Below are positions 12,107 to 26,174 of a stretch of 64,000 nucleotides of DNA, piece by piece. The stretch covers positions 124,001 through 188,000 of the forward strand of contig JBDOQK010000006.1 in NCBI GenBank assembly GCA_040437565.1, given 5' to 3'. The notes below the pieces were generated by a model. That model was given only the letters and a program-made list of their open reading frames with translations. It had not been told where the DNA came from and did no database searches. Each line of letters starts with the position of its first letter. Position 1 is the stretch's first letter. Source of the stretch: Albugo candida. Taxonomy: Eukaryota. Both the position numbers and the translations under genes were made by a program.

Positions 12107-15100
12107 TTTCTGCAGACATATCGATGTGTTAACAGGTGTTTGAGCTTTTTTTTTTGGATTTCCTTATGACTCTGCCATATATACAACGCCATTCGTCGTT
12201 TTTTTCTATACCTCCCATGCCCTATTTACTCTCATTCTAGGCCTAAAACTGTGCATAGACATTCCTATTTTGATTGAATACCTTGTCTGCCTTGTTTCCT
12301 TTCATTCCATCCACGAAAGAAAAATTGCACAGCGTGCGACCTTTCACACGGGTGGTTTCAATTTCTGCCGATCTTAGGAAAACATGAAAAAGGTCAAACT
12401 TTGAGGCGTATCAGCACCATGAAAAAAAGATATGCACAATCTTCTTGCAACAAAATGTTCCGCACTTCAAAAGCTATCGTTTGGTGCAAGAAAAATTGAC
12501 AAAGCTTTCCAATCCAGGTGTCTGATAGACTTTGAACTTGGTCAGAAAATGTTGGTTCTAGGAGAGTTGTACCATAGCAACCTCGACTAAAGTCAGTACA
12601 ATACCGCTCTAGATACTATCACCAAAAATGAGTGTTTAGTAACTTATTTAAGTCACCCTGCTCCGTTAGTCTGTAGAAGACTTTAAGCCTATCCAGAGTC
12701 GCTCGCGTGTGATGGCAATTTAGTTAAATTGTGCCACAATAGATACATATCACGTATTGTAATATATGAAGCTGGAATAGCGTGAAAAATCGGGTGGTAG
12801 TATTCCAATTCGTATTCGAATACATTTCAAAGCTTACTTGTATCCGGGTGTAATGATGTTGAGAAGAAATATTTCCGGACTGCGCACATCTCCTTCATAT
12901 AAAATATATTACCCCTTCCGCAATGTCTAACGCGTGTGTAGGATGTAAGCGCAAGTTTATTATAAATATTCTTAACGACTATTTGAATATCTCACCGATG
13001 AATTGCTCGTCATTACTGTCGCTGTCGTTTGGCTCTTACGATTCCATCGCAAAATTTCTTCAATTCCAGCTCACAGTTAATATTGTCGCAATCTATTGTG
13101 TTACGTACATTCACTTTAGTAGACGGCCATGCTCAGTGTCGTATTTGATGATATCTTTTGAACTAGAAATGTGAAACAAGGAATTTGACAAACTCACCCA
13201 CCAGACCGAATAAAGGAAGACAATCCCCTTCAAAGGTTTTACACAAAATGGCGACACAATTGGAGAAGCACAAGTAGAGATTTGCTCATAATATCCATGA
13301 CTTTCAGAGTCACAATCGCGATTGAAGACGATTGGAACCAAGATAGCAATGGCAGATCATTTTATGGGAGTAAAAAGCAAGGAAAGATCAACCATTATTG
13401 TCGAGATTTTGCCTATGTATAAGTTTTACAAAAATAAACATAAATATTTATATTATTTGACGCAGTATCTTTTTTTCTCCAAGGATTTCATAACGCTTTC
13501 TATTTGGCCCTTTAAGTGCCTTCTTTATCCTATAATGAGAACCCGGCCGTGTGAATATCAATTTGGTCTGGATTCAGACCTAGAAAGGCAGATGTGTTCC
13601 CAGCCTTTTGCTTAGGTGGGATCAATACGCTGCCCAAACTGCCGGTGATCAGAACAACAACCTCCGATAGGGGATTAGATTTCCCGGCCGGCAGAGCTGG
13701 GGTGGATAGGACCGCGGTGGGGTCCTCGACACGAGGCAAAGATTTCTCCATGTAAATATCAACCTACACGATGAAGCTATGGTCGTGTCAATGGCGCTGT
13801 CTACTACACCATATAATTACTGTACAGGCGTTGGACCGGGCTCTTCAGAGCGTTACATACTAGTGATTGTAATGTACTGTAAACCCCAAATTGTAGTAAT
13901 ATACGGTGTCTACATATAAGTCCCACGGACGGACACCTTTACCTGCGCTGGGGCGGATTCACTTCTCAATTAGCCGGCTACTACCTAACCAACCAATCTA
14001 GTAAAACATCTTGAAAAACAACCTTCTTCGGCCCATCTCAACCTTTCCCTCTTCAAAGAAAGGCTCAAGTCGACATATCGACACAGCCAAGGGTCTTAGC
14101 GTCCACTCGTAGTGACGTGACAACTCTGATGAGTCACCCAATTTTGAGTGATTGCATGATTGTTGATGAGTCATCACCCCTGTGTGATGACGTGGAAAGT
14201 ACCTTCACATCCAATGTGACGATCCAAGTTGGTAAGGGTGGTACATATGCTACGGTCACTGCCTCGTCACAGAGCAACTGCAGTGTGGACGAAAACAAAC
14301 GTCCGACTTTGGAAGACCTTATTTAGTCACAGGATTCCTTACGTAACAAAAAGGCTGGAGCGAAGCGCAAAACCGCGTGGAGCTCCCAAAGCCGTAAGCA
14401 TCGGATATTGCTGCATTTTTCGAACTCAATATATGCCGTAGAGCATCCGGATTGGTCTGTTCTTGCCGCAAAAATTGAGGCAGCACGGCCTTATAAAATT
14501 GAGAAGGCGATCTTCCAATCATTTTGGAAATAGGTCAGACATCAGCCCCCGTTCCAAATGGATAATTGTTGACTTCACTCCTCCGGGTTCACGACGAACT
14601 GGTGTTCGAGTACCTCCTGGATAGTCGTCAGATTAGAAAGGGGTCTAATTTTTAGGGGAACGTCTGAGTGATGGGCACATTTACGGTCGCTTATGAACAA
14701 CTGAAGTGTCAGTCGTTCATCGTTCTGGGTGAAAAGTACTTCTTGAAAGAGTACGACACTAGAACGTCTCTAAAGTGTATTAAGTCGGTCTGGAAGTTAA
14801 GCGGTAGGGTATTTTGTAATCCATCCATTAAAAGAAGTGTGGCATCCTTCTCGATAATTTTTGAGTAGCAAATTCATCGAAAGGAGTTGTTATGTCGACG
14901 TGAAGAATTTACATTGCGTCATTCACGTGCCCGAACCCACTGGTACGCGCTGAGAAGGTATGCGAGAAAATCGCCTTCGGCAAACAACTCTTCCCTTTAC
15001 AAGGAAAGAGTGCTCCGATTCCAACAGAACGACCACGTTTTTTTTCGGTCAACGTGAGCCATGCTGTTTAGAACTAGGAGCCTCTTCTACTTCCTCTGCT

Positions 15101-17458
15101 GCAGCTTCAAAACCGAAGAAGACAGCACCAAAAATGGCATCTGTGGCCGCCTGAAAACCATTGATTTGCCGATTTCGAATCTAGAAGAGGCGACAACGAT
15201 ACTCAAACGAAAGCTATCAGACCAAATATCGTTAGAGTTCAACTCTCGTTCAGATATCAAGCCACCGGGCACACCACAACTACCGCAACAATCCCTCCCA
15301 CTCCTACAATTTAAAAGAGAGACTATCTCCACCAAGAGTAACGGAACCAATGGAGTGGGGTTGGAATATAACCATGCAGATGGTTCGTTCATGCGGAAAA
15401 CGTCACTGTATGGAGCTATTCTGAAACATGGTGTAAAAAGCACGGCCTACTGCTCTACCTGGTTTTGGCGACCAAGAATTGTTTCTCTGTTCTCATGAAA
15501 ATGGAGGTGGAGATAAAAGAACTCAAAGCGGTTGGAAACCAGGAGCATGGAATTCAGATCGTTCGCGTGAAAACACGGATGCCAGAAGAAGTAGCCATTT
15601 CAGAAGAGGCTGCTAATTTTTTCGAAAACGCCACGAAAATAGAATCTTGGAGCGACAAACTAGAGTTCTCGAGGTTAAGGAGCTCATGGAAATTGATTCT
15701 ATAGATACTTCCCACACGATCATATCGGTTAAGCTGGTTAAGCTGACGCACAAATCGAACATGTGCGCAGGCTGGTTGATAGGATTTAGGACCGAGATAT
15801 TTCTAGATATCGGTGCAAGGTCTCTTTCTAGATTTTCGGAAGGACAGGTTTCAAACAAGATAATACACGTACTTCTTTACCAAAGAAACGAGAGTCAATC
15901 AAGCTATCGACGAAGCTGTCATTTAAATTGCTTGACGGAGGATTTTTGCGAGACAAATCACGACGAAGGGAGAACACTAGTTCAGTTTAATACTAATTCG
16001 GACGAAAGTATCCGAGCAGCACTTGATCATTCAATCGCTATGAATGGTGTGCTACTTGTCTTTATGGAATCCAATGATAAAACATTGGACAATACTGTGA
16101 ACCCACTGCTAGTCAATTGACTATTCGATGCTCAATATTTGAATGACGATGTTACATTTGCGACACGATGGAGTCGACATGATGACCGGTAAGCTCCATC
16201 TAAAACATGATGCGATGTTCAAGGAAGTCGCCATATGGTGGAGGTCGGTGCCGGAATTTGTTCTCGGTTTGACATGATAAACGAACGCTCTAGCCATGAT
16301 GGAACTCCTAGTCATGTATACTGCACCCAATCTTTACACAAATGATCACTGGGTCCAATATCTCACGGATTGGCCAGTGATTTGGATTCCGGACCATCAT
16401 TGTTGATTATTGCCAGACAATGTGCTAATATCGTCGTTACGCTCAGAGGTAGGCATTAAGTTTTGGTCCCAAAATTTTGGAGTAAATGGCGAAGGGTTCT
16501 TTTTGGTGATATCGGCGAGCTCGCCCTCAAAACTTACTCTTTCCCGGAAGAATTAGCAAACTACACCCTTCATTCAAGATGGTGGCAAGAAGTTAATTGT
16601 TGGTCCACTTCAGCGTAAATGCTAAGGGCTCCTCTATTCTTGTAAGGTGGAACGATGTATCAGCACTCACGGTGAATGTCAATGGAATTCATAAAAATGG
16701 CNNNNNNNNNNNNNNNNNNNNNNNNNNNNNNNNNNNNNNNNNNNNNNNNNNNNNNNNNNNNNNNNNNNNNNNNNNNNNNNNNNNNNNNNNNNNNNNNNNN
16801 NTCGGTTTGACATGATAAACGAACGCTCTAGCCATGATGGAACTCCTAGTCATGTATACTGCACCCAATCTTTACACAAATGATCACTGGGTCCAATATC
16901 TCACGGATTGGCCAGTGATTTGGATTCCGGACCATCATTGTTGATTATTGCCAGACAATGTGCTAATATCGTCGTTACGCTCAGAGGTAGGCATTAAGTT
17001 TTGGTCCCAAAATTTTGGAGTAAATGGCGAAGGGTTCTTTTTGGTGATATCGGCGAGCTCGCCCTCAAAACTTACTCTTTCCCGGAAGAATTAGCAAACT
17101 ACACCCTTCATTCAAGATGGTGGCAAGAAGTTAATTGTTGGTCCACTTCAGCGTAAATGCTAAGGGCTCCTCTATTCTTGTAAGGTGGAACGATGTATCA
17201 GCACTCACGGTGAATGTCAATGGAATTCATAAAAATGGCCCTTTCTATATTGACCACGTCCTATCAAACACTGCACTTCTTGTGCTCAAGGAACCAAGTA
17301 TCACGATCACAACTAAATGGAATCATTTCAGTTCTTCAAACAATCAAAAATGCAGCATAGAATGTTTGTCAATGACGACAAGAATTCTTTTCTTCATCCC
17401 ACTCAAAACCGAAGTGGTGGTGTGAGGATAATCCTTCGCTCGTACTTTCCTTGTTATA

Positions 17459-19031
17459 CACTCTGCGCCATAAATATAGGGACAACCGTTTGTTTGCTAA
17501 CTTGTGCTTAATTCTCCTTTGTTTCTACTACTGATTGAATAAAACCTTTTCCTACGTTGATCCAAGCATTTCGGTGTTTTATTTGTGTTGATCGGATAAG
17601 TGGAAGTGGGAAATTTGGCGGGAAGGTACACAGACCTGCACGACATATTGATGTTGTACACCACCACCACTCGACCACCCAGGTAGATGACGCACTTTTT
17701 TCGCCTCCAGCAACATGGATGGATTCTCTTGAATGTTTTTGTTTGCGTGCACATAGTCGAGTTTAGTGTTTGTTTTAGAGCAAAGCCATGGGGCGAAAGC
17801 CGGCTCTGACCGAGTACGAGAAAGGGCAAATTGACGCCCTCAGGTCGAACAAAGAAAATCTACGGGCGATTGCTGCGAGCCTAGGGCGCTCCACAAACGT
17901 CGTCCACGCTTACCTAAGTAATCCTGATGGCTATGGAACGAAAAAGAGCCCTGGAAGGAAGCCGAAACTCGGCCCGCGTGATGGTCGGTGCACCATCAAT
18001 GCCGCAATCAGCGGTGATTTGTCCGTTTCTGCCATCGCCAACACCGTGACCCCACAGGTGAGCAAGAGGACCTTTCAGCGTTTGCTCCAGCGAGCGCCTC
18101 ATCTTGTCAACAAGAAAATGAAACCCACGCCAAAACTCACGAAGCGCCTTCACACGGCACCGCTTGAATGGGCCAAACAGAAGCTCAATGTTCGCACTGA
18201 CTGGGACCGGATCATCTTTTCAGACGAGAAGCGGTTCACGCTGGATGGCCCAGATGGTTGCAAGTATTATTGGCACGATATCCGGCTTGAAGCAAGGACA
18301 TTTTATAGCCGTCAAAATGGGGAGGGGGGCATCATAGTCTGGGGCGGTTTCTCCGCAAAAGCTTTGACATCCTTGGCCACATTGAATGGTCGCCAGAACT
18401 CGTTTGACTACCAGGAGACGTTAAGAAGCCATCTCTTACCTTTCGCAGATTGTGAACATCAAGATGGCTACGGATTTCAGCATGATAACGCAAGTATCCA
18501 TGCATCTAAATCGACCAGTGCCTTTCTCAAGGACCTCAACATCAACGCGATGAAGTGGCCGTCTCTTTCGCCGGACCTACATCCGATAGAGAATCTCTGT
18601 GGTGACATTACGCGTGCTGTGTACGGTAACGGGCGCCAATATCACTAGTTTGGCGAGCTTGAAGCGGCAGTCAGGGAAGCGTGGTCAGAAATCAGTCAAG
18701 AACGGCTATATGCGCTCTTAAAATTGATTAGCGATCGCTGCTTGGAGGTCATTGATCGAAAGGGGTTCAAGACTCACTACTTCCACCACTCTCAGAGCTT
18801 AGAAGCAGTGTTCAAAGTCGAGGAACGCGCAATATAACAGGTGTTCCTTATCATTTTGACGCGGCCTATTTTCACTTTTTTGCTCATAACTATGTATTGA
18901 AAAATCCAATTCTGACTTTGAGTAAACATTCCAAACCCCCGTGCTTATTTCGATCTAATGGATGTATATTGCAATTAATCTACACTTTTTTCACAAGAAA
19001 AACACGTGTCCCTATCCTTATGGCAGAAGTG
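17459..19031 (+). mobile_element. Tc1/Tc3-like DNA transposon
   Basis: Imperfect TIRs CACTCTGCGCCATAAATATAGGGACA / TGTCCCTATCCTTATGGCAGAAGTG flanked by TA on both sides (17457-17458, 19032-19033); the LINE endonuclease coding sequence resumes on the other side. Confidence 0.85.
17788..18780 (+). pseudogene. Tc3-like DD34E transposase with premature stop at 18646-18648
   Basis: N-terminal HTH region, FSDEKRFTLDGPDG..YWHD, QHDNA and SPDLHPIEN, with 34 residues between the second D and E. The frame continues past TAG as FGELEAAVREAW...GFKTHY. Confidence 0.9.
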
Positions 19032-20379
19032 TACAAAAGCTGATGAACTAACCGAACGAAGCACTCGAAATCGCCATTTGGTTTTGCGTCATCTCATTCA
19101 CGATGTACTGGTGTATATTCACAATGTATATGCCCCGGTGAAGGCCGAGAAAAGAGTGCTTTTCTATGAGCTATTGCTCTCCAACACTTTCAAATCGACC
19201 GCAACACATCTCGTATTTGGTGATTCTAACACACCACTCGATCCACCTATCGATGGTTCGAGTGGAACAGCTCGATACGAGCCAAGTCGATTAGCGTGTT
19301 TGAAATGACTTTCGCAATTGGGTATTTTAGACGCTTGGCGAATCCATCATCCGACCGGAAGAGTATTTACGGAGCCATTATCGCCCAATAATCGACTAGA
19401 TTACATCTGCATGTCGAAAGAGCTATTTAATATGGTATACAAAACCTCAAATTCTTTCCGTCCACTACATGCGTGAGATCATCTAGCACAAAAAGTAAAT
19501 TTTGCAAATCCAACTCAATCTCGGGGGAGAGTCAATTGTGAAATTGTGAATATTCATTACGATTGATTTAGGGAACCGTTATTCAGCCCCCACCTTTTCT
19601 GTATTCAGCCCCCAGCCTCTATAAATTCATGGCAATCGCGGCTACTGGTTGGTTTAAACATATATAGTAGAATAAATAAAGGAACCCGGTATAGCCACAC
19701 CCCCTAACTGAATTGAGAACACCGGTATCGTTACACCCTCTAAATATCCTTGATAAATGAGAACCGGTATCGGCACAGTCGCTAAATCCCCTAAATTAAA
19801 ATTAAATGAGGAAACCGTGTCGCACACCCCTAAATTATTACAGATATGTTTTGTTAATTTTGGGCTGTGGACATGTGCGCCTGTTGTGACCTTCTTGGTT
19901 GCATGCCCCGCGTCTTCGTTTTGGCATTTTATGCCCCTCTCTCTTAATGTACACAAATGCGGAAAGATCTCGTTTGGTACTTGTTGACTCTTTCGGCCGT
20001 CCTCGTGAGGCCAGTGTGGCAGGATCATTTACCTCTGGGCTTAGAACAGATGCAANNNNNNNNNNNNNNNNNNNNNNNNNNNNNNNNNNNNNNNNNNNNN
20101 NNNNNNNNNNNNNNNNNNNNNNNNNNNNNNNNNNNNNNNNNNNNNNNNNNNNNNNTTAAATTATTACTCTCACAACTTTTTCTTTTTTACTAAATACATA
20201 AATGAATTTACATTCCTAATTAATTACATCCATACACACCCTAAATTGCTGCTCCAACAACTTCAATCGAGACTTATACGTGATTGGCTAGGACACAGAT
20301 GTTTCAACTGTGATAGGCTAATACATATGACATTTTCCATTTGACACTAATTCTATTTCTATGCGCTGCCTACGAGATT

Positions 20380-22452
20380 GCAATATGCTTCGCCCTCCAG
20401 TACATCAAACCTACAACACATTTGCACGCTGATTGCATTCATTGAAGGCTATGCGTTGGCTATAAAGAGCTCTACCAAAAATCCGCGATGCTACATAAAG
20501 TGCGACTTAGGAAGGACATACGACACAAGGTAAGATTAGAGCATAAAATTTCAACTCAACTGATACAAAGTAAAACAGGTCAAACCTTACTCAGGAGGAT
20601 CGACAGCGCCAAACTGCCATCAAGTTAATTGACTGCCCGTTTTTGCTCTACACCACAATATCTAAACGTGATTCATAATGGAGATTGCTTGTAAAAAATG
20701 GTCAGCATAACCATGAAAAATCAAATATATTGCTGGGTATCCAATAGCACGAAGGCTTTCTATTAAGGCAAAAACAACAATTCAAAGGTGTCTACAATTC
20801 GGAGCTAGACCAAGCGAGGCGAGGAAAGCTCTTGAACTACAGGATTCATCAAATAGAGCTAGCATGAGGGAAATTTACAATGAAAAGGTGAAGTCATGAA
20901 TTAGCCTCAGAAATTTGTGTACTTACATATGTTAAAATTTGATTTTATTCTAATCATTTCACTTTCCAGGGTAATATGCGAAATCAGTCCCTCAATGGCA
21001 GAACACGAATCGTAGCACTACTCGAGGAACTCAAGGAATACCATTACATCTGTTCAATTCAATGCAGAGATGACAACAATCTGACGAAGTTTTTTTACCA
21101 ATCCAAAGTCTATCAAGTTGACGCGACGCTTTCCTTCTGTTTTGTTCTTAGACTGCACATACAAGACAAACAAGTATAAAATGTCCCTCCTCCACGCTTT
21201 TGGGATACTTGCCTAAATTCAACATTCTCATCATCCTTTACATTCCTGCTGAAGGAGCATCAGGAGGACTACATATGGGCGTCAAACCAGATCAAAAGTT
21301 TCTATAATGGGGTATCCTCTCCGAAGGTCATAAACACAGATCGCGAGCTTGCGCTAGTAAGGGCTGACCAGGAAGTTTTTCCATCAAGCAAGCATCTCCT
21401 TTGTCGTTGGAATATTGAAAAAAATGTGCGGGCAAACTGTAAGGGCAAATTTGGTACTTCAAAGAATTTGATGACTTTATGAGTGATTGGTCACACATAA
21501 GTAATGTTTCTCATGAAAAAACAAAGATTAATTAGTATCTATTTACAAGAATCATTCTTACAGTTGCAGAACAGCAAAAATCCTGAAACTCTCACCAGCT
21601 CGTGGGAAAATATGAACATCAAGTGTGAATCAAAGCCAAATCCATTGTTGTACTTGGAAGAGACATGGCTTGTGCACAAGGAACGATTTGTAACAGTTGA
21701 AAAAGCACATGCCACAATCAAAAGATGTTCAAAGGTGTCAACAATGGATCCACGATATGTAAGAGCCAAGTTGACTAATTGTCTACAACAGCAAGAGAGG
21801 GAGTTTCGGACAGCAATTGCAGCAGCAGAAACTCGCTTTTATCATGATCTGAATGACAGGATATATTATGGTGTAGTGCGTAAGGTGTCTTTCTTTGCTC
21901 TGAGGAAAATAAAAGATGAAATCAAGGAGGGCTTGGCTGGCAATAGGGCAGGAACTTGCACGCATGCTTTCGAAAGAACTTATGGTCTACCCTGTTGGCA
22001 CTCACTTTCCAAAAAAATCGATAATGACCAAACCCTCTTACCGTCCGACATCCACAGCAATGGCAACTTTCTCCAGAAAACAAATCAACAGTCTCAGGGG
22101 ATGCTGAAGAAGATTCAGAGACTGGTATTGTAGAATTTCAAAAAATTGTGCAGCAACTTTTCAAGGCTTGAACTTCAGTTAACAAAAGGAAATGAAAGCT
22201 CAACTTATGCAAATGGCAGCCCAGAGATCAAGAGCACCAAATTCCCCCTGTACTGTAGTTAAGCAGCGAGGAAGGCCAGCAGGATCAAAGAAGCCTTTTC
22301 AGAATGAAGCTTCCCCATGAAACGAGATCTGTCAGCATTTGAGCATCAGACACAGGGGATATGCAGATGCAGCAAATTGCGGGGAAATCGGCCACAACAA
22401 GCGGTCTTGCAGAATTCCGGTTACAAGATTAGATTCTGGACAAGCTATAGTA
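20380..22452 (+). pseudogene. MULE/FAR1-type transposase, degraded
   Basis: LDCTYKTNKYKM, TDRELAL, HLLCRWNIEKNV, YLEETWL, GLPCWH, RGRP and a GEIGHNKRSC knuckle, spread across several frames. Confidence 0.8.
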
Positions 22453-22708
22453 AATAATTAGATATTTCTCCTTTACAGAATTTTTTTATAATACATTTTA
22501 TTTTCGGCCGTTAGTGTATAATAACTTTTGCATCTTTACGATGCATTATAGCTTAACAAACTGGCAATGAATCCTCTATTAATGGTGAGTGTTTAGCTCA
22601 GTTGAAGGTATCTATATTAGCCTTAGACGTATATTGCTTCTATTAGTTAGAAATGTTAACTTATCTATTTTCCAAAAAAGTTGTCGGGATATCAATAACC
22701 ATTATTTT

Positions 22709-23745
22709 GGGAGCCGCTAACTACCAAGCCTCACCCTTAAATATAGCACTCTAAGATATGATTACGAGTTATGATTGGTTAAAAAGAGTACCCTTATTTG
22801 AATATATGCTCTAACAAGCGGTTTTACAGTATTAAGATTGGCTAGGTCTATATCAAAATCTACTGCTGCAGGTTTTGCTGGTGCTGTTGGTGCTGTTGGT
22901 GCTGTTTTGCATTTGCTGCACAATGACAGCAAGCTGGCCTTCGCAAGCAAGGCGAACTGCTGAATCCACTGAGAGTAGATCACCTGTAATAAATCAATTG
23001 TCAGATAAATGTAACTTTTGCCAACACAATTAGCATACAATACAAATTACCTGTTGACACAGAGATCCACTTTTTGAGAGAAGCATGGACGCTCTCCACC
23101 CAAAATTTTAGTACATGCCCATATGACGCTTATTGTGTAGGATAGCAAAAAAACGCTCCTTGAAATCAGCAAAGTTGTCTCAAGGTAGCTCATCGAAGCA
23201 ACGAAGGTGGCATGCATTGCTGAAAGTTGGGTCTGATGAGTTGAAGTGTGATTTTATTGTATTTTATTCAGTTGCATCTTTTCAGACCAATCAGAGACCC
23301 CGATCTCCTTAGTTTATGAAGGGTGGGGCTGGATAACGATTCTCCTAAGTTTATTTTATTTACTCTGTTATATTTGTTTAAACCAANNNNNNNNNNNNNN
23401 NNNNNNNNNNNNNNNNNNNNNNNNNNNNNNNNNNNNNNNNNNNNNNNNNNNNNNNNNNNNNNNNNNNNNNNNNNNNNNNNNNNNNNAAGGTGGCATGCAT
23501 TGCTGAAAGTTGGGTCTGATGAGTTGAAGTGTGATTTTATTGTATTTTATTCAGTTGCATCTTTTCAGACCAATCAGAGACCCCGATCTCCTTAGTTTAT
23601 GAAGGGTGGGGCTGGATAACGATTCTCCTAAGTTTATTTTATTTACTCTGTTATATTTGTTTAAACCAACTAGAGGCCACCAATATATTGATTTATGGAG
23701 GCTGGGGACTGGATAGCGGAAACTGCGGTCTGGTTAGCGGCTCCC
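22709..23745. mobile_element. Non-autonomous MULE derivative nested in the right arm of the 19571-23970 block
   Basis: Ends GGGAGCCGCTAAC / GTTAGCGGCTCCC; flanks ATTATTTT / ATTATTTA (imperfect TSD). The internal minus-strand TAPAKPAAVDFDIDL is homologous to ~7088-7140. Confidence 0.6.
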
Positions 23746-26174
23746 ATTATTTATTGTTTCAAAAAAGTTGGGGGAGTAAATAATTAAGTAGGTATGATGT
23801 AATTCAAAATGAAAAATAAAAATGTAATTAAAAGAAAAAGTTGTCGGGATACCAATACCCTTTATTTGTTATCTTATATTTGTTTAAACCAATCAAAGGC
23901 CACTAATCTATTAATTTATAGAGGCTGGGGGCTGATTATAGAAAAGCTGGGGGCTGAATAACGATTACCCTATTTAATATCCTCAAGTTGTCGAAACAAT
24001 CAAACTGGAAGCGAATTTGGTGTTCAAATAATTGCGGACAACTTCGAATTCCGGAAAGAAGTGGGAAAGTTAGAAGACGACAATCAAGAAACAGCTGAAG
24101 GTAATTGAGGAAAAGATTGCACAAGATAGCCGACGTGATAGCCAGCGTGCTTTTGAAAGGCCGCATCAGCTCGATATCGCACTCAAGACACCAATCAGTC
24201 ACGTCATTTCTTCGAATCGAGTCTCAAACAATTCAGAATTTCGGTCGAAAACAAAGCCAACTACAACCAAGATGAAAGCTTCGATCGTCGCGTGAAGGGC
24301 ATATGGAGAACTCTTTTAACCCGGATACACAACAAGCTCGTCTTGATTGCTGTCAAACATCACTTGCATTGAAATGAAGTCTAACGCATTTATTCCTTGC
24401 ATGTAAAAGCCTGTGGAAGTATCCAATGCAAACGAATTCTTATCGTTGCATGCCGATCGAAAATGTTAACAAAAAATGTGGCACGGTGAGATCGAACCCG
24501 AGGGAGAATATTGACGAATTCAGAGCTCATTGGGGTGGTAACATGGGCTCTCTCTATGGCTCCGAGACCAACTCTGGTGATCCCTGTCAAAGAAATCAAA
24601 AAAAGCTACTCGACTCGATTCAAAATTCCCTTGCGTCAGAAGAGCAACACCGTCGCTCAACTCGCTTAAGTACGACCGAGGTAGCGAAGCGATCAAGCAC
24701 ATGCGAAGTAGTTCCTCTTCCTCTCCAGATGGATGGATTACCAGCTGCAGCTTGATCCGGAAACTTTGGCGAGCGTCTAAAGATTGAAGAGGTAGCTTAC
24801 TTCGATCACAACGTCACTCGGCAATCAACTATCGACCGATCGCACTGCTTTGCGCTGATGTTGAGCACTGTCAAAAGTATTGGCGCATCGGTTGCAACGA
24901 TTTTTGCCGAAATTGATCCATCAAGACCAATAAGCATTTGTGAGAGGAAGGTAGATCCATCACGACATTCGACATATCAACGACATACAAGATTTGGTCC
25001 CTCATCGTAGGGAGGAAGCATATGCGACTTTTCTTGACTTTGAGAAAGCTTACGATAGAGTCAATTGTACGTACATGTTTCGCATTTTGGAAAAAAATGG
25101 ACGCCGTGAATTTTATCGACTAGGTTCGTCTTCTGTAAACCAACACGAAGGCGCGCTTGATAAATGAAAATATTACTCCCATTATTCTACGCTCTCAACT
25201 ACTCTTACAACTGTATGAAAGCCTCCCGAACCAAACAAGAGTCATCCGAAGTTGAACCACTGGTCATGGCGGGAGCGATCGGACGCAATGGGTTCAGAAT
25301 GAGTTGGAACATTTATGGTTACATCCCGGCATCTTCGGAAGCGCATCTTACAGATTTTCGAAGATCTACAGGTTCGTCTGGCCTTACGATCTCGTTTCTA
25401 CTTTTTCTAGGATATTCAGCCCGACAATATATACATTGTGCACGCAGCCTTCGGGTGGGGCAGTGGAATCCGATCAGCATCTCTTTCTAGAAGGTAATCA
25501 CATAGCACAGTTATGGAGAGAGCTTCTCCCTAGTTGGGATTAGTGCTTCTCATCCGAACACGTTGAATGCACATTACATGTGCAATTCGGCCAACACTCC
25601 AGCCAGCATGGAAGGATCATCAGCAAATTCTTTCCGATTTATGGCTTGCATTGCAGGTGGAGATGCTGCACTTCGTCTGGACAGATAGGAATCGTCATTT
25701 GTTCGACCAGCGATCAGTAACCTCCGATAGCACTTTACGTGATCTACACCGTTTAGTGTGCACGTTCGGTACTTTTAAAGACAGTGTTACGATCAAGGCG
25801 AGCGCATCCAGCTTGGAAAGGTGCTGGATCAACTAGCAATGCAAGGATAATTTGTTGGAATTTTTAGAAGTCGAAAATTAGTGCTGCGGAGGCGAGACCA
25901 GCAAGTCGAAATGCAAGTGCAACTTCGATCCTAGTCCTAGTAGGATGGCTCAGTTAAGTCTAGTGTGGTGCACACCAATTTCGAAAACACGGGACTCGTG
26001 GACAATTATCGTTTGGGTGTGACTATTGTCACAGACATTTTCACTAATGCCACAGACAAACACTTCTGATTGGCTTATTTGTGTAACATTAATATGACTG
26101 GTCGATATGGTAGGTATATATTACTGCTTCAACGTAAGATTTACTATAAAAGTTCTCCATTATATAAAGACAAA

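Larger units (their letters stand above)
19571..23970. mobile_element. MULE block (probably composite) inserted into LINE ORF2
   Basis: TIR GGGAACCGTTATTCAGCCCCCACC at 19571 and an inverted copy ending ...GGGGCTGAATAACGATTACCC at 23970. The left arm has ACCGGTATCG/CACACCCCTAAA subterminal repeats and a minus-strand transposase tail (CNQEGHNRRTC). Contains two N gaps; no clear TSD. Confidence 0.7.
14117..25978 (+). mobile_element. Degraded L1-type non-LTR retrotransposon interrupted by Tc1 and MULE insertions
   Basis: APE endonuclease pieces: TVNVNG...KE (~17200), NVYAP/GDSN (19006-19308), DAWR...RLDYI (~19330-19410). RT piece FLDFEKAYDRV (~25030); zf-RVT-like ESDQHLF...LW (~25465); 3' hairpin GTGTG-GTG-CACAC (~25964-25976). 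Broken upstream ORFs at 14.1-17.1 kb are presumed ORF1; the 5' boundary is uncertain. Confidence 0.7.

Noticed and set aside
13840-13930. Resemblance to group I intron R/S elements or a telomerase RNA template
   Set aside because: No P7 pairing could be built, and TAAACCCCAAA does not match a TTTAGGG template.
19680-19840. Regularly spaced short repeats resembling a CRISPR array
   Set aside because: Eukaryotic context, degenerate units and position inside a MULE arm; these are subterminal repeats.
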